Virus record (IMG/VR): IMGVR_UViG_3300042013_000061
Location: 75,570-139,569 of that record
DNA: 64,000 nucleotides
Direction: 5' to 3' (one strand)
DNA from: a virus
Shown here: in pieces, positions 59,258 through 64,000 of the stretch
How positions within the stretch are numbered: the first letter of the stretch is position 1
Layout of the letters: every line of letters begins with the position of its first letter
Program-made: the position numbers and the translations under genes
Notes under the pieces: model-generated
The model's input: only the letters and a program-made list of their open reading frames with translations
Told to the model about the DNA's origin: nothing
Databases searched by the model: none

Positions 59258-59824
59258 ATGGCCAAGCCAGAAAAAAGCAGCAAAAAATCTTCCGCTCCAC
59301 GTACCAAAGTTTCGCGTCTGACGAAAGTTGAACGCAAGCTGACCGGCACCAGCGCCAAGACTCCTTTCAGCATGAAGACCGCACAGTTCACCGTGACCGG
59401 TTACATGCAACAGCCTGTAGAAATTCCGGGCTACCTGATCGAACGTAGCGCCACGCACATTGTGTTCCGTCACAAGGCCACCAGCGCATCGAAGAAAATG
59501 GTTGTATCGGTTTTCGCAGTGGACAAAGTTCTGGATCATTTGGGCGACGAAAAAGGCGGTTCCGTTACCGTTCTTCAGCGCAAGGCTTTCACCAGCGCAA
59601 CCGGCACCCTGAAATTCAGCGGTAACGATATCATCGTCAAAAATGCTGACGGCGAAATCACCACCTTCTCTCAGAACGATATCGCTCAATACGAAGTGAA
59701 AGCGTTCGATCTGGAAGGCAGCCAAGCTTCGGGCCGTGGCGTTAAATCGTCCTCCGAAAAAGAAGGCAAGAAGTCGTCGAAAGTGACCAACATCAAAGAC
59801 GGCAAGAAAAAAGCAAAAAAGTAA
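59258..59824 (+). CDS. beta-rich protein with Lys-rich termini
   Basis: 188 aa; basic N- and C-tails. Confidence 0.7.
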   Translation: MAKPEKSSKKSSAPRTKVSRLTKVERKLTGTSAKTPFSMKTAQFTVTGYMQQPVEIPGYLIERSATHIVFRHKATSASKKMVVSVFAVDKVLDHLGDEKGGSVTVLQRKAFTSATGTLKFSGNDIIVKNADGEITTFSQNDIAQYEVKAFDLEGSQASGRGVKSSSEKEGKKSSKVTNIKDGKKKAKK

Positions 59825-59867
59825 CGAACACTCGGTACGTCGGGGACTTCTAACGGAGTCCTCGCAT

Positions 59868-59947
59868 ACTGTAAAGGTTACTTGCAACACAGCGACAACG
59901 CATACTGTAAATATGTTGGGTAATCACCTGACATAGAAAACTGTAAA
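59868..59947 (+). promoter_or_regulatory. three tandem ACTGTAAA motifs at 36-bp spacing
   Basis: Copies start at 59868, 59904 and 59940. Confidence 0.7.
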
Positions 59948-59994
59948 TAATCATCAGCGACAAACACTTACTTATTGATCTGGAGTTTTACCTC

Positions 59995-60447
59995 ATGGCT
60001 GCTAAAAAATCCCCTGCTAAAAAATCCGCTCCTGCCAAGAAATCCAAGAAGCGCGAAATTCCACAAATCAGCGAAGCCGTGCTGAACCTGCTGAACCTCG
60101 ACATTCTGTCGCAAGTTCTTCTCGCCTTCGAAAAAGAAGGTTTCGAAACCATCGAAGACGTTCTCGGCGCCATTTCGCAACTGAGCGAAGAGGCTGAAGA
60201 AGAGGAAGAAGAGGAAGAGGAAGAGGAAGAAGAGGAAGAAGAGGAAGAAGAGGAAGAGGAAGAGGAAGAGGAAGAGGAAGAGGAAGAGGAAGAGGAAGAG
60301 GAAGAGGAAGAGGAAGAGGAAGAAGAGGAAGAAGAGGAAGAAGAGGAAGAAGAGGAAGAAGAGGAAGAAGAGGAAGAAGAGGAAGAAGAGGAAGAAGAGG
60401 AAGAAGAGGAAGAAGAGGAAGAAGAGGAAGAAGAAGACGACGAATAA
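59995..60447 (+). CDS. poly-glutamate protein (80 consecutive Glu) with basic N-terminus
   Basis: GGAG RBS; MAAKKSPAKK, short helical domain, E80-DDE. Confidence 0.8.
   Translation: MAAKKSPAKKSAPAKKSKKREIPQISEAVLNLLNLDILSQVLLAFEKEGFETIEDVLGAISQLSEEAEEEEEEEEEEEEEEEEEEEEEEEEEEEEEEEEEEEEEEEEEEEEEEEEEEEEEEEEEEEEEEEEEEEEEEEEEEEEEEEEDDE
60196..60435 (+). repeat. 240-bp pure GAA/GAG purine tract
   Basis: Only GAA and GAG codons for 80 codons. Confidence 0.9.
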
Positions 60448-60580
60448 TCGTCTGCCCTCCGGCACCAACCTCGCTCTAATCTGATTCACAAAACCCTTCG
60501 CGAATCCTTTTGACTCTCGCGAATTCTTAACCCGGTGCATGGTGTGCCGGGTTATTTAAAAAATACAGGAAACGAAAATC

Positions 60581-61195
60581 ATGGCTGGTAAGAACGACGT
60601 AACCATCAACGGTAAAGCCGAAATCACCCGTCTGCGTAAACAGCAGAAGGCTCTGGAAAAAGCTGTTAAAGCTCAAGAAAATTCGCTGGAAGTTCTGCAA
60701 GGTCAGAACGCCGAAGTGAACGCACAAATCGACGCCCTCGATTCGCAAATGAGCGGCGAGCCTGTCAAAGCTGCCAAGGGCAAAGCCAAAGCCAAAGCTG
60801 ACGAAAAGCCAGCCAAAGGTAAAGGCAAAGCCAAGGCTGAAGAAAAACCAGCCAAGGCCAAAGGCAAGAAAGCTTCGAAAGAAGAAGACGAAGCCCCTGC
60901 CAAGAAATCCAAAAAAGCTTCGAAAGAAGAAGTGAAACCGGCCAAGAAATCCAAGAAATCCAAAGACGAAGACGACGCCCCAAAGGCCAAGAAATCGAAA
61001 AAGGCTGACAAAGACGAAGCCCCGGCCAAGAAAAAGAAATCCAAGGACGTAGAAGCTGACGCTCCGAAGAAAAAGAAAAAGTCGAAAGACGCCGACGAAA
61101 AGTCGAGCAAGAAAAGCAAGAAAGGCAGCGACAAGAAGGCTGACAAAGCTTCCGGCAAAAAAGCCAAGAAAAAAGATTACGACTTCGAAGATTAA
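60581..61195 (+). CDS. Lys-rich disordered protein with N-terminal coiled coil
   Basis: PAKKSKK repeats; histone-like composition. Confidence 0.75.
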   Translation: MAGKNDVTINGKAEITRLRKQQKALEKAVKAQENSLEVLQGQNAEVNAQIDALDSQMSGEPVKAAKGKAKAKADEKPAKGKGKAKAEEKPAKAKGKKASKEEDEAPAKKSKKASKEEVKPAKKSKKSKDEDDAPKAKKSKKADKDEAPAKKKKSKDVEADAPKKKKKSKDADEKSSKKSKKGSDKKADKASGKKAKKKDYDFED

Positions 61196-61225
61196 TTTCG
61201 AAGCTTGTGACCTGAGCTAAGGAGA

Positions 61226-61248
61226 AGGGGCCATCGTGCCCCTTTTTC
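61226..61248 (+). terminator. Rho-independent terminator
   Basis: AAGGGGC-catcgt-GCCCCTT plus T tract. Confidence 0.75.
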
Positions 61249-61251
61249 TGT

Positions 61252-62010
61252 ATGCACTGGCTACATTCCCTAGACGCAATTGTCTATCGACTCGGTGCAG
61301 CGTGTTTTACACAAACGGAATTCGCACGCGTATTATACGAACTTCGCGAAGACCGAAAACATGCGATGGCTTCCGCTTTTGCTGAATCGTTACGCAGTCA
61401 GTCCCGACAGGAACAGTCGCGCAAAACGCTTTCTTTAAAAGACGAAACGCCCACCAACACACTCCGCGCAAAAGCCGTCATGATGGAAGACGGCGCACGC
61501 CATCTTATTGCTCGGCCTGCCCTTGAAGCGGCACGCATAGAGCTTCTAATGATTGAAACCGTATTGGCTGAAGTCGAGCCAGACGTTCACGGTGAAATCC
61601 CTCTCGCTTTTCACGCATGCCAACATATCGAAACCACGCTAGCCGTTCTCTGGAAAGGTTTCATCGAAACCAAGACCTACACACAGCTTTCGTTCGATAC
61701 CTGTTCTGACATGCTCTTACGCGGCCTCACGGTGCCTGATTACTCCGGCGTGACCGACCGCGTAACCTTCCTGCAAACCTTCAATCAAACCTCGCATAAG
61801 TCTGTGACTCCAAAAGTCCTAGACCAGCTTTATGCGCGCGCAATTCGGGTTTTGGAAAATTCACCACTTTTAATTGCGTACAAAGACGCATTGAGTTTGG
61901 AATACAACGATGAAGCCTTTCGCGGAATACTCCCAACAAGCATCGCAACTATTGAGCCAATTAAAGACTGTAAAGGACTCAGCATGCCAACACCAAATCA
62001 ATCCGCATAA
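61252..62010 (+). CDS. hypothetical protein
   Basis: 252-aa helical ORF. Confidence 0.6.
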   Translation: MHWLHSLDAIVYRLGAACFTQTEFARVLYELREDRKHAMASAFAESLRSQSRQEQSRKTLSLKDETPTNTLRAKAVMMEDGARHLIARPALEAARIELLMIETVLAEVEPDVHGEIPLAFHACQHIETTLAVLWKGFIETKTYTQLSFDTCSDMLLRGLTVPDYSGVTDRVTFLQTFNQTSHKSVTPKVLDQLYARAIRVLENSPLLIAYKDALSLEYNDEAFRGILPTSIATIEPIKDCKGLSMPTPNQSA

Positions 62011-62218
62011 TGAACATGTTTTTACTTTCATCGCAACACTCGACACCAACGGTGAAGAGCCTGTGATGGCGTACAACGTGACGTGCGATAACACACCCAT
62101 TTACGCGCTATCCGAATTACCTCCGGCTGTACTTGCTGCTTACGGAATTTTTGTAAGTCATGTCGAGGAATGGAAAGACGGCGGGGAATTACATGAGTCG
62201 CTTAGACACGATGATTAG
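61910..62218 (+). CDS. small hypothetical protein (start uncertain)
   Basis: ORF fills the gap; the true start is likely downstream. Confidence 0.35.
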   Translation: MKPFAEYSQQASQLLSQLKTVKDSACQHQINPHNEHVFTFIATLDTNGEEPVMAYNVTCDNTPIYALSELPPAVLAAYGIFVSHVEEWKDGGELHESLRHDD

Positions 62219-62864
62219 TCTTTTCAGTTGTGGTTGCCACGTCGAGGGAGATATCCCAACCCTGAGCCGCTGCGAAGAGCATAACGGTTTTATCGTGGTT
62301 TGCCACAATCAAAATGTTCAAGAACGTTCTTTTAAAAGTGAACGCGGAACAGTGTGGCAAGGCACCTTGCTGCATAATCTCCGACGTTTAAAAGACGAAC
62401 AGTTCTCGTACATTTTTGCGTATCCAGAACACCATGTTATGGCTGCGATGAAATGGATTACTCCGAAGGCTTGGCGCGATACACAAATGGAAATGATGTT
62501 CCACCTGAAACGGGTTTTGAAACCGGGCGGGTACATTTCCATCGTCGTCGATCCTGACGTTTCTAACACCGTCGTTTATCAGGCTGCAAAACTCAAACTG
62601 AAAATCGAACCGCGACCGTTCACGCTTGAGTATTTCGAGAAAGAGCCGTACAGCACTTGCTCGTTTGCTTATGCGGATGCGAAGGCCCATTACATTTTGT
62701 ACAAGGGCTACCGCGAAAAGATTCCGCAATCAGGTTCTGCTGTGCTGGATATTTCCGGCATCAAAATGCAGCACACGGAAAAGCGGAAAAAAGATAACAA
62801 AATGTTGGTGCTCACTGGGCACGCTCGGCAATTCGAAATCGTCAAAAATCTTCTAGGAGGTTGA
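62193..62864 (+). CDS. degenerate N4/N6 DNA methyltransferase-like protein
   Basis: LRRLKDEQFSYIFAYPEH (at the DPPY position) and KRVLKPGGYI. Confidence 0.5.
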   Translation: MSRLDTMISLFSCGCHVEGDIPTLSRCEEHNGFIVVCHNQNVQERSFKSERGTVWQGTLLHNLRRLKDEQFSYIFAYPEHHVMAAMKWITPKAWRDTQMEMMFHLKRVLKPGGYISIVVDPDVSNTVVYQAAKLKLKIEPRPFTLEYFEKEPYSTCSFAYADAKAHYILYKGYREKIPQSGSAVLDISGIKMQHTEKRKKDNKMLVLTGHARQFEIVKNLLGG

Positions 62865-62868
62865 CGCG

Positions 62869-63531
62869 ATGGCGGTCAAGACTAAGAAGATCAAAGTTCA
62901 ATCGGTAAAAACGAAAAAGATTATCACGAAGCCAAAGAAGACTGCGGCGAAACGTGACGCGGAAAAGATTACGAAACGAAAACGTACAAGCAGCGCGGCC
63001 CCGGTGCGAAGCGCTGGTGTGGTTAAGGTTCGCGGCATTCCGTACAAACTGCGCAAGTTCGAAAACCTCGGCGCTCGCGCATTGCCTGAAACGTACTTCA
63101 CGCGTACAGGCCAAAGCCTCAAACAATTGATCCGAAACACTCCGCGAATTTTCGTAAACAACGCGGTTGATGTTGAAGCGCATCGCTACAAAAAGCAGAC
63201 GACGAAAACCGGTAAGCCTGCCGTCAAAGGCATCATGTGGACAAACGATCCGTTCCGACCGTTGAAGGTTCGGCGTTACCATGAAACCTACATCGTCGGT
63301 CTGGATAAAGGCGGTGAGAATAAACCGCTTTATAAACACAAACGCGTAATTGCACAATGCACGTGTGAAGCGTACATCTACAACTTCGAATATGCGAACG
63401 CACGATGGGGCGCGGCGTATCTGATTTATTCCAACGGCGAGCCGCCAGCATGGACTAACCCGGCGATGGTAACGGGCCTGTGCAAACATTTGATTGCGCT
63501 CGCGAAAATCTGCATTGAGGAAAATCTGTGA
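62869..63531 (+). CDS. SWIM zinc-finger protein with Lys-rich N-terminus
   Basis: CTC...LCKH; AGGAGG RBS. Confidence 0.75.
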   Translation: MAVKTKKIKVQSVKTKKIITKPKKTAAKRDAEKITKRKRTSSAAPVRSAGVVKVRGIPYKLRKFENLGARALPETYFTRTGQSLKQLIRNTPRIFVNNAVDVEAHRYKKQTTKTGKPAVKGIMWTNDPFRPLKVRRYHETYIVGLDKGGENKPLYKHKRVIAQCTCEAYIYNFEYANARWGAAYLIYSNGEPPAWTNPAMVTGLCKHLIALAKICIEENL

Positions 63532-64000
63532 TTAATCTTGACCTGTTGAATCTTACGACCCCTGCACCGAAAGCACCCGGTAGCACCGTGAGCATCATTT
63601 ATCCGCCCGGTGAATTCGTACAAGATGAATTCTTTTCTGTGCTGTCAAACGGCGACCTGAAATTGTGGGCACCGACCAAAGGTGTGTCGTCCAAATCGAC
63701 CAGCCGCACACGTACCGAATTCCGCGAATGTTTTGCCGATGGCCGCGTTTACAACTGGCAATTCCCAAGCGCACCGCATCACTGGCTGCGTGTGGCAATG
63801 ACCGTGCTGCAAGTTCCGAAGAAAGGCGAAACGGTTGTTGGGCAAATCCACGTAAACGGAAACACGCGACCGCCTGTAAAACTTTCGTTCGATAAAGCGG
63901 CTGACGGCGTAGGTCAATTGACTGTTGGTTTCCGTGAAGAATTCGATCAGGTTAATCCAGTTGATTACACGCTGCTTTCTGACATTCCGGTCGGCACGCG
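63528..64000 (+). CDS. polysaccharide lyase family 7 (alginate lyase), runs off window
   Basis: Manual translation MINLDLLNLTTP...RTEFRE...YNW...GQIH; GAGG RBS; not in the ORF track. Confidence 0.8.
   Translation, partial: MINLDLLNLTTPAPKAPGSTVSIIYPPGEFVQDEFFSVLSNGDLKLWAPTKGVSSKSTSRTRTEFRECFADGRVYNWQFPSAPHHWLRVAMTVLQVPKKGETVVGQIHVNGNTRPPVKLSFDKAADGVGQLTVGFREEFDQVNPVDYTLLSDIPVGT

Noticed and set aside
59868-59965. 36-bp periodic repeat as a mini CRISPR array
   Set aside because: The conserved part is only 8-13 bp and matches the dispersed promoter-like motif; there is no cas operon and the Cas4-like gene is solo
1-64000. Inteins, stop-codon reassignment, tRNAs, integrase or transposase
   Set aside because: Core genes translate intact in the standard code without visible intein motifs; no tRNA-like or mobile-element signatures were noticed by eye

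Overview
This 64 kb window is a gene-dense segment of a large (jumbo) dsDNA tailed phage of roughly 50% GC. The gene set resembles the Pseudomonas Lu11/PaBG and Ralstonia RSL1 type of jumbo myophages; this is inferred from gene content, not from a database search. Genes lie mostly on the minus strand to about 41.7 kb and on the plus strand after that. Replication and recombination genes: family A DNA polymerase with an N-terminal UDG-like domain (partial, missed by the ORF track), a 2008-aa SNF2 ATPase, SbcC/SbcD, a DnaX clamp loader, a RuvC-like resolvase, DnaG primase, a Cas4-like nuclease, a two-subunit type IIA topoisomerase and a 5'-3' exonuclease. There are also probable virion genes, many small accessory genes, and a partial PL7 alginate lyase at the right edge (also missed by the ORF track) that points to a Pseudomonas-like host. 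Four features stand out. (1) Lys-rich tails on most DNA-transaction proteins occur together with an 8x AT-hook protein, H1-like proteins and an 80-Glu protein, suggesting a charge-based chromatin or compartment system. (2) Several proteins look like fragments or pseudo-enzymes: an EF-Tu N-terminal motif, a stand-alone sheath C-domain beside two LysM proteins, a Sel1-fused degenerate ligase and a degenerate methyltransferase. (3) A strand-oriented ACTGTAAA promoter-like motif recurs throughout. (4) A 600-bp non-coding region carries G-tracts and repeats. No tRNA, rRNA or CRISPR array was seen.
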